IMG/VR virus record: IMGVR_UViG_3300002494_000025
Span: 32,001-96,000 of that record
Strand: one strand, 5' to 3'
From: a virus
Length of the DNA: 64,000 bases
The translations under genes and the position numbers were made by a program. The notes below the pieces were generated by a model. It made no database searches. It was not told the origin of the DNA and saw only the letters and a list, made by a program, of their open reading frames with translations. Below are positions 1 through 12,029 of this stretch, in pieces; positions within the stretch are counted from its first letter, which is position 1, and each line of letters begins with the position of its first letter.

Positions 1-972
1 ATGAGTTCTGTATTGGATCGATTTTATCATAGTTACAACCTTATACACATTTTTGAACAAGGTTTGTCTGAACAAACTGTTTATGATCTTTATAAACAAC
101 TGTTAACATATAACATTAAATTAATATTCATCAATGAAGTTGGTTTAGACAATAGATTTTTGAAAATACTCAGGTTAATACCAGATTACAAACTTGTACC
201 AATATATTATCACTATCACTCAACAAGTAGTAATTTGTTTAAATCGGTGAATTTTCAAGACTTAATAAGACCATTTGTGGAAAATTTTAATGTTAAGTTT
301 ACAACACCGGTAATGGCAACATATCAACTATGTTTGGAGAATCAATTTTATGATTGTACGTATGTACCATTTCCAATAGATCCAGATAATGTTAACAAAC
401 AACTTGTACCAACACATGAAAGATTAATCGATTTTTATATTCAGAAATCAGTTCAACCACATACACTTAAGTTATTATTACAATATATCTGTGACAATGA
501 GAAAACATAGATAATACGATATTTAAAAGATATAAGGTCTGATAACACAAAACATATACTTGAAGAAGTTACTCAAATTGTTGAATAGTACAAAAATAGT
601 AACATTATTTACAAACCACATGATTCTTTGATTGATAACATTGACTATTATTATAGTATATCTAAATTTTATTACACACACCCACAATCAGAATTATCAT
701 CAATTGCAACGTTGGATTAGATGGTAAATGGTTGTGTCCCAATCATACACAATCTTAATACACATAACTATACCGATTATTCTGATTATAAAAAATATTC
801 ATTATATTAGATATATCAATCACCAGTTGAAACTGATGAACATTTTATTACAACTACTGTTCCTGAAAAACTTAATTAGTGTGATGATGATTTTAGAAAA
901 CAAATGAGGGATTTTGTAATCGATAACTATTATTATACAGTTTTGAAATTCTTTGAAACTATTTGTGTGTAA
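1..972 (+). CDS. GT-B (GT4-like) glycosyltransferase, TAG-recoded; 5' end may lie outside window
   Basis: Frame 1 stays open through 5 TAGs to TAA at 970-972. C-terminal SELSSIATLD*MVNGCVPII resembles the GT4 E-x7-EAMAxGxPVI motif with *=Ala. Confidence 0.55.
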
Positions 973-1038
973 TTGTTTGATTTAATCTTAATTTAAAAAT
1001 AACCACTTTAGTTGTAAGAATATGGTGGTGATACAACA

Positions 1039-1512
1039 ATGGGTTTCTCATGGCAACAATCTATAAGTAGAAATACTGTTATCACATAGTAGCAGATAAA
1101 TGAAATAGAAACAAATGTACAAACTTTATTAAATAGAGTTTGTTATATACATTATGTTAGTCAAAATACAAATGATTATTTAACAAACCAAGCAGTTCCA
1201 CACTATACAGGACATCAACAAACTCATTATGTAAATCATTACAACCCCAATCATACTGGGTTCCATTCAGGTTATGACAACTCAAATCAGACCTCACACT
1301 TGACATCATATGTTACGGGTGATAAAAGTACATACATGAGTACACATGTTATTACAAATAATACAACTCAAAATAGTACACATAATAGTGGAACATATAG
1401 TGGATATAATTCAACATATTATATAGGTGATGATAGTTCATATGATACAAGTAAACAATTAACACATAATTATACAGTTTATAATCAACATTTTATGAGT
1501 GTTATAAACTGA
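1039..1512 (+). CDS. His/Tyr/Asn/Ser-rich low-complexity protein, probable virion or tail accessory; TAG-recoded
   Basis: GGTGGTG RBS, ATG at 1039, MGFSWQQSISRNTVIT**QINE, ends TGA at 1510-1512. Roughly 4-residue periodic H/Y/N/S pattern. Confidence 0.65.
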
Positions 1513-1556
1513 CTGGTAACATTTATTAACCATCTACTAAAGTGGGTGAGAATTGT

Positions 1557-2393
1557 ATGTCTGTCAATCAAAACAATATCATTACATTCCAATGGTTAAA
1601 CTCAAACATACTTCAACCACTTGAACAATAGTGGAAAAAACGAGACTTTGGAAATCCAACCTATAATTGTACATCATATACTATACAATATGATTTTCGG
1701 AATATCATTACTACTGGTAAAATAATATCTGTTGACGATATTAATCAAATAAAAACTAACATGGACTATTTATACGATAACTACTGTAAAACTCATTACT
1801 ATGGTCACAAACAGACTCAGTATTCATCATAGTATACAAACAATCTCAGTAGTCATCATGTTACTTATTATTATAGTCAAAATGTTACTCAAAATTCATA
1901 GCATTTATACAATTACGATAATGCAATCCAGACAGGTTATAATTCTGGTTATAAATCTGGTGTAGATAGTTCTCATCATCTATCATATTATTAGAGTGCA
2001 TATAATCCACATAATAGTACAAATAAAACAAATGTAAACAGTTCTAAACATATTACATATCAGAATAGTGTTGATACTGGACATAAAAGTAGTAACCATG
2101 GTACGTACTATAGTTAGAATAAAATTACATATTGTGGTACTCATTATGTATCTCATTATTCAGGTCATAATTCGTCCTATAATTCGTCTGATTATATACC
2201 TCATTATTCAGGTTATAATTCGTCCTATAATTCGTCTGATTATATACCTCATTATTCAGGTCATCAATCTAGTAACCTAAGTTCTAACCTTAGTTGGTAT
2301 GATTCTACAGTAGACCAAGTAGTAATTACTCCAAGAGACCCAGGTGGTGGATAGTCACTTGAGTGTGGTAATCATCATGTAGCATTTACATAA
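1557..2393 (+). CDS. His/Tyr/Asn/Ser-rich repeat protein, paralog of the upstream gene; TAG-recoded
   Basis: GTGGGTGA RBS, ATG at 1557, open through 6 TAGs to TAA at 2391-2393. IISVDDINQIKTN parallels VIT**QINEIETN of the upstream gene. Contains HYSG(H/Y)NSSYNSSDYIP repeats. Confidence 0.65.
2152..2264 (+). repeat. 48-bp tandem coding repeat (about 2.3 copies)
   Basis: ctcattattcaggt(c/t)ataattcgtcctataattcgtctgattatatac at 2152 and 2200, with a partial copy at 2248. Confidence 0.9.
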
Positions 2394-2423
2394 TACAATA
2401 TAAACTATAAAAATAATAAAAAC

Positions 2424-2450
2424 AGAGAGTGGTTAGTTCCACCCTCTTTT
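2424..2450. terminator. Probable bidirectional intrinsic terminator
   Basis: Imperfect stem-loop (agagagtgg..ccaccctct) flanked by A/T runs, between convergent genes. Confidence 0.55.
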
Positions 2451-2468
2451 CATATTTACATAACAAAT

Positions 2469-4196
2469 TTAATTTACAACAGACACTTCTATTGTAGAGA
2501 GATTGGTATCATAGTCTTTCTTAATTTGAACATTTACGTATTCAAATGGAATTTCCTGAATATTGTTGTTACTGATTATTACCTGATAGTCATATTGTTT
2601 TGCAAAGTCATAAAGTAATTGTAAAATTTTCAAAACATTTGAACCATCAACACCATTAAAGAAATCATCAAAAATTAATACTTTGAGTTCAGGTGCTGTT
2701 TTGAATATATTTAAGATTGTAAGAATTGTAAGAATAAAGATAATTGATACTTTCTTACGTTCACCATTTGATAATAGTTGATACGGTATGAACACACCAT
2801 CCCTGATAATACCGAACGAGATACTTTCATCATCGTATACAATTTCAAACTCTTCATTTTTATTCAACACATATGAACTATATGATTTAGCAATACTATT
2901 CATTTTACTGATATATTGTGATAAGAAATTTTTTCGTACTGGTGACTTGACATTTAGTAGTTCAATTATCAGATTTATATGTTTTAATTTTGTATCTAAT
3001 TCTTCAACAAGTTTGTTTTTCTCAGTGATTTGTTGTTCAATTTGTTTTATGTTTTCTTCGATTTGTTTAACTTGGTTATCATTTTGTTCGATTTGTTCAT
3101 TTATCATTTTCCATACATCTCTGGCACGGTTATGTAATTGTTTAAATTCTTGTATCTTGCTCAATTTCGTTTTCAACTCATTATACTGTTGTTCTATTTG
3201 TTTCCGTTGATTTGATGTTTTCAATAAGACTTCAATTTCGTCGTTTATTAATTGCGTATAAACATCAACATCACCTTTTGTGATTGGTCTATAACAAGTG
3301 GGACATTTTTGTAGTTCCTTTAAATGATTTAGTTCTTTTATCTTTTTTTCGTGAGTTTGTTCCGAAGTTTTCAATTCTAATAACTTTTTTTCCGTTTCAT
3401 TTATTTCATGTTTTATAGATGTTTCCATTGTTGTAACAAATTGTGTAATTTCATTACTTTTACCATTGAAATCTATCTCCAATTCAGGATTAAAGTACTT
3501 TTTTAATTCATTTAAATCGTTCATATACTTATTAAGTTCATTAACCTTTCTTTGGATTGTTTCAACTGAAAACTGTTGTTGAATATTTTTTAATAAACTC
3601 TCAAACTTATTTTTAGAAGATTTCAACGTTTCAATTTCAGACATTAATTTCGATTGTTGTGTCTGTAATGTTGATTGTTGATTTTTAATTTCCTTAATAT
3701 ACTCTTCCAAATCTTTATTATAAATGATTTTCTCAATAATTCTAAAAATTTGAACTGATGATAAGTCATATATTTGTTCTTTGTTCGGAATAAATACATG
3801 TGTAAGTGAATATATCTTATTAATATCTTTTATAATACTCTCTACAAAATAGTCAATTTTATCTTTTATTCTAATATTAAAAATATCTGGTTGAATTGTT
3901 ACATCAGATTTTCGACTATCAAATATTCTTGTTATAGTATACGTATGTGTATCATCTTTTTTAAATGTGACAGAAATCTTGGAATCACCTTCCGAACCAA
4001 TACGTTTCAAACTTTTAAACGATTTTATTATATTTAACGTTGACAATATACTATAGACAATTGAAGTTTTACCAGAACCGTTTGTAATGTTAGTATCATT
4101 ACTGTTTAATAACACGATGTTGTAATTATCAGGGATTTCAACACTAACATTATCATATACAGTAATATTCTCAAGTTCGATACGAGAAATTTTCAT
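2469..4196 (-). CDS. SbcC/Rad50/T4 gp46-like recombination ATPase
   Basis: Walker A NGSGKTS, coiled coil, CPTC zinc hook, LSNGE signature, IFDD Walker B. No internal TAG. Confidence 0.9.
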   Translation of the reverse strand: MKISRIELENITVYDNVSVEIPDNYNIVLLNSNDTNITNGSGKTSIVYSILSTLNIIKSFKSLKRIGSEGDSKISVTFKKDDTHTYTITRIFDSRKSDVTIQPDIFNIRIKDKIDYFVESIIKDINKIYSLTHVFIPNKEQIYDLSSVQIFRIIEKIIYNKDLEEYIKEIKNQQSTLQTQQSKLMSEIETLKSSKNKFESLLKNIQQQFSVETIQRKVNELNKYMNDLNELKKYFNPELEIDFNGKSNEITQFVTTMETSIKHEINETEKKLLELKTSEQTHEKKIKELNHLKELQKCPTCYRPITKGDVDVYTQLINDEIEVLLKTSNQRKQIEQQYNELKTKLSKIQEFKQLHNRARDVWKMINEQIEQNDNQVKQIEENIKQIEQQITEKNKLVEELDTKLKHINLIIELLNVKSPVRKNFLSQYISKMNSIAKSYSSYVLNKNEEFEIVYDDESISFGIIRDGVFIPYQLLSNGERKKVSIIFILTILTILNIFKTAPELKVLIFDDFFNGVDGSNVLKILQLLYDFAKQYDYQVIISNNNIQEIPFEYVNVQIKKDYDTNLSTIEVSVVN

Positions 4197-4239
4197 ATTT
4201 CAACCCCCTTTATACTTTATTTAACAAATACTATCCAAT

Positions 4240-4260
4240 AATAATATGTTGAAATTTACA
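4240..4260 (-). promoter_or_regulatory. Conserved motif TGYAAA-N5-AHATATTATT (candidate early/middle promoter); representative of about 12 copies
   Basis: Other copies at 9006, 15274, 17983, 25767, 28320, 30087, 47796, 48433 (minus) and 30903, 32320, 32901 (plus), each just upstream of a gene in the same orientation. Confidence 0.75.
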
Positions 4261-4292
4261 GTTTATTTTAAAATTTAAATGAGGTGACATAA

Positions 4293-4928
4293 ATGGAATA
4301 TAAAGATGGGTTTGTATTTATAGATGATAGTAATAAAGTTGTAAGAGACACACTATAGTTCGTAAAATAGTCGATGTTTAACTTATATTCATTACAAAAA
4401 GTACATCAATTTTATTTGAAATTTGAATCAAACGGTAAAATAACACAGGATTTTATAAATCTACTCAATGAACGATACCAATCAATTCAAAATTAGATAC
4501 CACAATGGAAGTTAGAAACAAATACTGTTACATATTCAGGAACTGAGTACCACATACCAACTGTCTTAACCATAGAAAATCCAACAGTCACAGTAACTTT
4601 TTTAGAAACAAAAAATTTTGACATTTATAAAACATAGAAAAAATATTTGATTGTTGATAGAAACATATCCAATACGGACAATTTACTCAACAATAAATAC
4701 ATCATACACAAACCGACAAATTACTTTACTAAATTGGATGTTACATTATTTAGTTAGAAATATAAACCAAATAATAATGATATATCCCCCTATCTTACAG
4801 TCACCTTCTACAATTTGTACATAAAAAATATTTCTATTGATACTCAACTCAATGTTAACAACACTGAATTAGTATATACAACAATAGAATTTGCATATAC
4901 TCAAGTATTCTTAACACCAAGAGATTAA
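4293..4928 (+). CDS. Tail-tube-fold (gp19/gp48/gp54-like) protein 1; TAG-recoded
   Basis: GAGGTG RBS, open through TAGs to TAA at 4926. IPQWKLET..TVTFLE..TFYNLY..TTIEFAYT pattern shared with the downstream paralogs. Confidence 0.6.
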
Positions 4929-4945
4929 CTATAGAGGTGACATGA

Positions 4946-5623
4946 ATGTAGTCAGAAAAGGATAATTTACTAAAATATGATGATATGATTCATAAACTAT
5001 AGGACGATGTATAGTTTTTTAATTCATTCAAAATTATGGTTAGGAAGGTTAATTTTGAGGAAAACCTAAATAATAACCTCAATACACTATTACAAAAAAT
5101 CATGAGTAATTAGGTTTTATCCGCAAATAAACCAAATTATGAACGTGAGACATACTATGTTAGTGATAACGATATTATCACACGTTTAAATTTCATATTC
5201 TTTTTCGTAAACAGTATCGAAGGTCTTCCATCACCTCATATAGAAACAGAAGAGTATAGTTTTATTGGTAGAAAGTATCAAATACCAAAACATCAAACAG
5301 TAGAACATGAGTTAAGATTTACATTTATTGAATTGGAAGGTTTATACATTTACCGTCTGTTTACAACATATTTGTTACAAATATTTGACTATTATAATGG
5401 TTATTTGAAACTTAATGATAGAACCCAATACACTTTTGATTTGTCAGTATATGGACAATATAAAGATACATTCTATGGTCAAGATGTGGACTAGTACTTT
5501 ACAATTAATTTCTACAACGTATTTCCAGTTAATGTAAACTTTGGAAACGAATTACAATTTAATAATACAAGTTATGTAACAACAACTGTAACATTCAGAT
5601 ATGATTATTATGAACAAATATAA
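4946..5623 (+). CDS. Tail-tube-fold protein 2; TAG-recoded (begins ATG TAG)
   Basis: SIEGLPSPHIETEEYSFIGRKYQIP..LRFTFIE..FYNVFPVNV..TVTFRYDYYE, typical of T4 gp19-like proteins. Stop TAA at 5621. Confidence 0.7.
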
Positions 5624-5655
5624 TAAATTGTCAATCTCAATGGGGGTGAATTTAA

Positions 5656-6369
5656 ATGGCACTATCAGACTTAACAAGATGGAAATTAACCACTGATAAA
5701 ACGTTATACGATTACACAGCATATCCAATTTTCCAAGTAATTGAGTTAGAAACAACCAACAATTTTATGAATTATGCAAAAAATGATACAATGTGGAAAA
5801 AGTTTCAAAATAATCAAAATAATCAAGATAATTCTTAGATCACTGATGACAGTAAATTGTTAGCCACACTACAAAATGTATTTGTACGTGCTACCGCTAT
5901 AACATTCCCAGGATTTACCTGTGAAGTAACGGAAATACCACAACAGTTTTCGAATATAAAAATATAGAACAAAGTTTCATTCACAAACGAAATAACATTC
6001 AATTTTGTGGAAGACGCAGAAAATAACATATTCAAATTCTTTAAATCGTGGTTAGATCAAATACTTCTAGTGGATTATCAAACACCTGTGTACGGTGCAC
6101 AATACAATATTGCAAATAACTACAAAGTAAATATCACATTCGGTATATATAAAATTAATAACACAATAATGAATACTGTAACAAAATCAACAGGTTATAA
6201 TGGAAAAGATGGTTTTGATAGTACCAACATAATATTCAAATTTAAACTTCACGGTTTCTTCCCCAAATCGATCAACAATCCAACATATGATTACACAACA
6301 TTTGAAATCGTAACACGTGATGTTGGGTTTACATTCGATTATATAGAACTATTAACACCATCACTATAA
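5656..6369 (+). CDS. Tail-tube-fold protein 3; TAG-recoded
   Basis: Joins the ORF-track pieces at 5656 and 6007 (same frame) across TAGs. ITFPG..ITFNFVED..LHGFFPKSI..FTFDY. Confidence 0.7.
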
Positions 6370-6391
6370 TAAGAAACAAGAGGTGATATAA

Positions 6392-7078
6392 ATGTTAATT
6401 AACAATTTATTACAAAGTACAAAAAGTACACCAAGTGTTTCAACAACTACATATTTTCTCGTAGACCTTACAAATTTTGTTAATATAATTGATAAGACTG
6501 GTAATTTAAAAAACACAATAAACAAATACGTTAAATCTGTTACACTCCCAGAAAGAAAAGTCGATACCACATCTATTGAGGGTTAGATGTTATCAGTACA
6601 ACATGCCCAACTTAAACAGACTTTTGATACGTTTCAAATCACATTCTTTGATGATAAAAACTTTACAATCAGAACAAATCTTCTAAAGTACATGTTAAAA
6701 TCAGTTTTCGATTATACCAATCTTGTCTACAAAAGTGCAAGTACCTACAAATGTGATATTACAGTTTACGTTATTAACAACTTCTTGGGCAGTGATGTAA
6801 CACATACAGTAACAATAAATAATAATAATGTAAATACCACTGATATATCAACAATTGAAAATATTATTAACAACACACCAACAAACACGTAGATAACCAC
6901 AGTACCAGTATATATCTATAGATTCTATGGTTAGTTCCCAACAGAAATACCAGAAATAACATTTTCCACAACTGATGAATTAGAACCAACAATTACCGTA
7001 ACATTTACATACGATTGGTACAAAATCGATACTACAAATACTGAAAAAATAAATTTGGCACAACTTAGTTTAATCTAA
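6392..7078 (+). CDS. Tail-tube-fold protein 4; TAG-recoded
   Basis: KSVTLPER..FQITFFDD..FYG*FPTEI..TVTFTYDWY. Stop TAA at 7076. Confidence 0.75.
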
Positions 7079-7095
7079 TTGAGGTGGTGATTTGA

Positions 7096-7857
7096 ATGGC
7101 AATCAGTATAATAAATAGTGTTAACACATACAATGTTAGTACATACGACGCATTTAACAAATAGAAACTGTTTAGTAGACTACCTGTTGCATATTCAAAT
7201 GATATATCGTTCATCTTACGTGGTGAAGTAGTAAATGAATCAAATAATAATACATTCACTTCAAAACTTAACAACTCGTTTACAAGTTCAATAATGATAC
7301 GACTCAAATCGATATCATTACCAACTATGTCATTGGAAACAACAGAAATCCCCCATCTGTCATTCAACGCTAAAATGTAGTCTAAACCCACACTTGGTGA
7401 TGAAATAACAGTTTCAATAGTTGAAGATGCAAATTCAAATGTGTTCCTCAACTTTAAAGATTTTATTGAAACTTATTATAATTGGGTAATTTAGGTTCCA
7501 AACAATCCCAACTATAGTATCAAATTCCATATTGAATAGTTCTTAACACCATTGATACCAACTACTGTAAACAATATAAATTATTCATATTTATCGACAG
7601 CAAACACAAGTAGAAATAATGTAGCTGCAATAACAACTGTAAGTAATAATACAAACAACTTTACTGGAACACTTGGTACACGTATATTCAAAATAACACT
7701 GTATAATCCAATTATAAAGAACTTGAATCATCAAACCATGGATTATTCAAGCACCGAACTGATCAATAGAGATATTACAATTGGGTTTGAGTACTTTGAG
7801 TTTATTACATATATGTATGATAATAACAATCAACTAGTAAATGCACCATTGTTCTAA
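7096..7857 (+). CDS. Tail-tube-fold protein 5; TAG-recoded
   Basis: GAGGTGG RBS, MAISIINS start, KSISLPTMSLETTEIP..ITVSIVED..ITIGFEYF. Same frame as ORF-track piece 7552. Confidence 0.7.
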
Positions 7858-7892
7858 ATTTAGAATCATTAACTAACAGGGTGGTGATATAA

Positions 7893-8609
7893 ATGTTGAT
7901 CAATAGTGTATATAGTGATCAAAATAACATTTCTTATACTGTTACAGATGTGTTTAGACCAAATGCGTTTATAGTTAGTTTTACAGAATTCAAAAGTGAT
8001 AGTAAATTGTTTGAACAACTAAATAGTTTTATTAACAAATACTTAAAAGTATGTAATATTATAGATGATGATAAAAATAATAAACCATTCACCGAAATAT
8101 CAAACAATTTTTTTGGTACTAACAATAACAGTAATACTACTACTACTATTACATTCCATCAAAACATGTTACCATTACTTGCAAAAAGTGTAACATTACC
8201 AGATATAAACATTGAAGTAAGTGCAATTGACTTGGGATTATGGAAAACACAAAGAATAGTAAATAGAAAAACATTTGATACTTTCACGATAACATTCCAA
8301 GAGTTACGTGGTTTACCAGTTAGGTTATATTTCTTAAAATGGATGTTTGCGTACATAATAAACCCGTGGAGAGGTTATCATGTATAGCCAGATCTATATA
8401 AATCAATCATCAACGTACAAGTATTAAAGAATATAGATAAATATGATCCACTTTATGTAGTCAAATTCTATGGTTAGTTCCCAACAAATTTGAATGAACT
8501 AATACTATCATATGAAAACAGTGACATTTTAAACACTGAAGTGACATTTGTATACGATTACTTTGATATTGAACAAACACAACCAAAACAAGAAGAACAA
8601 AAAAAATAA
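7893..8609 (+). CDS. Tail-tube-fold protein 6; TAG-recoded
   Basis: FRPNAF..KSVTLPD..FTITFQE..FYG*FPTNL..EVTFVYDYF. Stop TAA at 8607. Confidence 0.75.
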
Positions 8610-8630
8610 CAATCAACAACAAAAACAAAA

Positions 8631-8658
8631 AAGGTGGGGTAATCAAATCCCCACCTTA
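8631..8658. terminator. Bidirectional intrinsic terminator
   Basis: aaggtgggg..ccccacctt stem between convergent genes. Confidence 0.7.
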
Positions 8659-8681
8659 AATTTTATTCATTTACCTAACAA

Positions 8682-8954
8682 TTAGTTAGTGGGTATCACA
8701 ATACTTGGTTTTTGTTGTTGAATTTCTGTAATCCGACTTTTTACATATTCTTCCAACTCTTTATTGAGATCATCAACACTTACATTTAATAATTCTCCTA
8801 CTTTCTTTATCAAAAATTCAATCACAAGACTATCAATGTTTGACTTGTTCAGTAACATTAATACTAACTTTCTCAACTCTTCAATCATAAGTTTTGTTTC
8901 ATCAATATTACCAACATCAGAACCTCCACCAATTATCACACCCATATAAAACAC
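8682..8954 (-). CDS. Hypothetical protein (TAG-free)
   Basis: ORF with GGAGG near its start and the early motif at 9006-9026 upstream. Exact start codon uncertain. Confidence 0.55.
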   Translation of the reverse strand: MFYMGVIIGGGSDVGNIDETKLMIEELRKLVLMLLNKSNIDSLVIEFLIKKVGELLNVSVDDLNKELEEYVKSRITEIQQQKPSIVIPTN

Positions 8955-9039
8955 CTCCTAACTCTTATATATTGTAAGTTCTATATATTTTTAAACACTT
9001 ACATCAATAATATGTATAGTTTTACAATCTGTTTTTAGT

Positions 9040-9046
9040 AAACTTA
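9040..9046 (+). promoter_or_regulatory. AAACTTA candidate late-promoter element (representative copy)
   Basis: Also intergenic upstream of genes at 18982, 35594, 42293, 54797, 59992 (plus) and 20511, 22737, 32284, 42273, 53657, 54760 (minus). The motif is short and AT-rich, so chance hits are common. Confidence 0.45.
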
Positions 9047-9084
9047 AAAATGTATTGTTACAAACAAAATGTGGGGTGACATAA

Positions 9085-10911
9085 ATGTCTACAATAGTTT
9101 TAAACGATTGGAATTTAGTAAGTAAAAATATACTATACGTGGTTAAATAGGTACAAAAATTTTTAAGTAAAAACTTTATGCTTCCTGAAAAGAAAGTTAT
9201 TCTTTCTGGTTACTAGGAGTTTTTTAGTAAATATTTTTTCACTCTTGACAAATATCGACAATTCCTGGAAAAAGTCAATCCACCATTCCTCATATATAAT
9301 ATGTCAGAATTTACAATTAATCGTGGTACATTGAACCATCAGTGGAATACTACTGGTTTTGAATAGGTCGACTTACAAAAATATACACTGTACATCCAAA
9401 AAACATTTGTCAGAATACCAATCAACATTACGTTATACACTGACAGTCGACCACAATTGTTATATTATGTGTCTTTGTTCTTGGCAACTTTTGATGTTCC
9501 ACAGTCAAAAATAGTCGTTCGGTACCCCATCGAAATACCTGATGATGAACCAATCAAAGAAGTAATTAATGAAGAAGTATTCACAGTTCTATCACCCGAT
9601 AACATTACAGACCAGAGTGAATATATATTCGATGACAATATGAGAACGTTCAAACTTACCACGTCATTCACTTTGGAAGGTTATATCTTAACACGTATTA
9701 GATACTATAACAAAATTACACAAGTTAATTTACAATTCTCAAACACATCACAAACCATCCCTGTATAGGAACAAACATTGTATAACGATATTTCACAAAA
9801 TGGTATTGTCATCTCTATTAATACGAACAATACCACAATCCCCCTATTAACTTCTGAAATCATACAACAAACTGACTTGACAAATCCAACAGTTGAAACC
9901 AATAGTATAGAAGTTACTATCACAGACCCAACAAATAATACATCAACTACAGTACCTATTATAAGTAGTAATGAAACTAATACAACAACCGTCGTCAATC
10001 AATCGATAACTGTTAATAAGGATACTATACCATTTACAACTGTAAATAATTCCATCATTACACCAATATTAGAAAACAGTACAAACACAATAAAGTCAAC
10101 AATATATACACATATCAAACAAACAATTTATGACTAGACAATAAATAATAAGATTAACTTACCACAGAATATTATTAATTTAATTAACAATAATGTAATC
10201 ACAATTGAAAATGTATAGACACAAATATAGGAACAAATTGGTAATCAGTTAACACAAACATTTTCAACCAATTTACAAACATCATTAACGGGAACCATAA
10301 CAACTCAATATAATAATGTAATCAGTACTGTATTAAATCAAATCTTGGGACCAAATAATACAATTCCCGTTCAACTTCAAATCACATATAACGAAGATAC
10401 TCAACAACTATCAGTATCAATATAGAATATTAATGATATTCAACAAACAATTAACAATATAGTTACGGGTACTACTGAAAATATATTCAATAACATTACA
10501 AACACAACAATAATTAATGACACTATATCCAATTCATTAACACAAACAATGACACAGTCACAATCAACTTTTACCGTCACCGTAATGAACCCGAATAATA
10601 ATACAATATTAGCTGATAATTCACAGATCACCATATCAAATGAAGTTACTCAAACGTTAAATAATGTACTTGTTAATCAAGTATCAGGTGTTTATTCTAA
10701 TACTATCATGAACAACTACAACAAATTCATTCAAGGAACACAACAATCATCAACACCAATTATTCCACTCTCAAAATTAGAAAACGTAAACCTCAACTAT
10801 AACATTAACGTTAACTATCGTATATCAGAAACAACAAGTATATACACAGTACCACAAACACCAGAAGATTACAATAATAACGAATGGGTTGTTATATCAT
10901 TAAAATTTTAA
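9085..10911 (+). CDS. Tail completion/terminator (T4 gp15-like) N-domain fused to a long Thr/Asn/Ile-rich extension; TAG-recoded
   Basis: GGGGTG RBS. ORF-track pieces 9457, 9778 and 10549 are in one frame joined by TAGs. PINITLYT..RTFKLTTSFTLEGYI resembles gp15 family proteins (from memory). Confidence 0.5.
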
Positions 10912-10926
10912 GTGGGTGGATAAATT

Positions 10927-11406
10927 ATGAGTGGTAGGTACTCACGACAAAAGGGTTATAGAATAGAATATGAACTCACCAAACTTTTACAATCTTATCA
11001 CATTAACAATAAACGTGTACCATTGAGCGGTGGAAGTTGGTTAAAAGGTGATATTATCATTGAACACAATAACAGAACATATATATGTGAAGTAAAAGGT
11101 GGTAGTAACAAATTTAAAATAATATATGACAAATTTCTAACATATAGAGATACAACAAACAAGTCATGTGTCTATCTTGGTGATTATGTTCTGTGTGATA
11201 TCCCAACATTTGTAAAACTTCTAAATAACGAAACAAATATCATTAATAGTATTAGTGACATTTTGAACATAACCAAACTAAATATGATCAATGATTATAT
11301 CGATAAAAAAGATGTATTGTTCATCAAACGTGACAGAAAAGAATATCTGGTAATATTTAGAAAACAACTATTTAACTCATCAAGTGGGGGTGTTACAAAT
11401 GGATAA
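10927..11406 (+). CDS. Hjc-like Holliday junction resolvase (PD-(D/E)xK nuclease)
   Basis: KGYRIEYE, RVPLSG, GDII and EVK motifs. No TAG and no Ala. Confidence 0.75.
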   Translation: MSGRYSRQKGYRIEYELTKLLQSYHINNKRVPLSGGSWLKGDIIIEHNNRTYICEVKGGSNKFKIIYDKFLTYRDTTNKSCVYLGDYVLCDIPTFVKLLNNETNIINSISDILNITKLNMINDYIDKKDVLFIKRDRKEYLVIFRKQLFNSSSGGVTNG

Positions 11407-11992
11407 TAGTTTCAAAATGGGGTAGTTAAAATATGGTACAATATTGTTATTTCCAGTCAAACCATATGTGTATGATCTAATTTAGAAACATTTTGGTAAA
11501 CCAATTTAGGAATTGTTACTTTAGACATCCGGTGAAAAAGTAATACATTAGGAAATTCTTGTGACTGGTACTATCACACTTGCATAGATCGATAAAGGTG
11601 TACATCTAATTAAAAGATCATTATCAGATTTTAAACATCTTGTACTCGTTAGACACAAAGATATGGATACAGTCTCACTACAAGATTATTTAAATACAGT
11701 ACATAAACATTGGAATGTTCCGTATGATTATGCATCTTTGTTCTTAAACACATTAACACACATTGTTAATAATGTTCCAATTCTTGACCAGATTATTGAA
11801 AAATATATTCATACAAATGTACCATATGAGAATAAACAAATGTATATTTGTTCTGAAACTGTTTAGAGAGTACTTGAAGATTTGAATCTACCATTATTCA
11901 CTGACAGATCACCTGAATACATATCACCAATGGATATATTGAGAAGTCCTAATGTTGATTTGTTATATAAACCAATCGATTTTGAATTGTGA
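11399..11992 (+). CDS. Permuted papain-like NlpC/P60 (YiiX/YebB-type) amidase/peptidase; TAG-recoded
   Basis: His (IH*EI) precedes Cys (YICSETV*R, cf. CSELVA), with a PYDY motif. Stop TGA at 11990. Confidence 0.7.
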
Positions 11993-12029
11993 CTGTAATA
12001 TACTAATATCTCACACCTGGTGATACATA

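Noticed and set aside
2068-2280. ORF-track 70-aa Ile-rich repeat ORF
   Set aside because: It is an alternative-frame reading of the 48-bp repeat inside the 1557-2393 gene.
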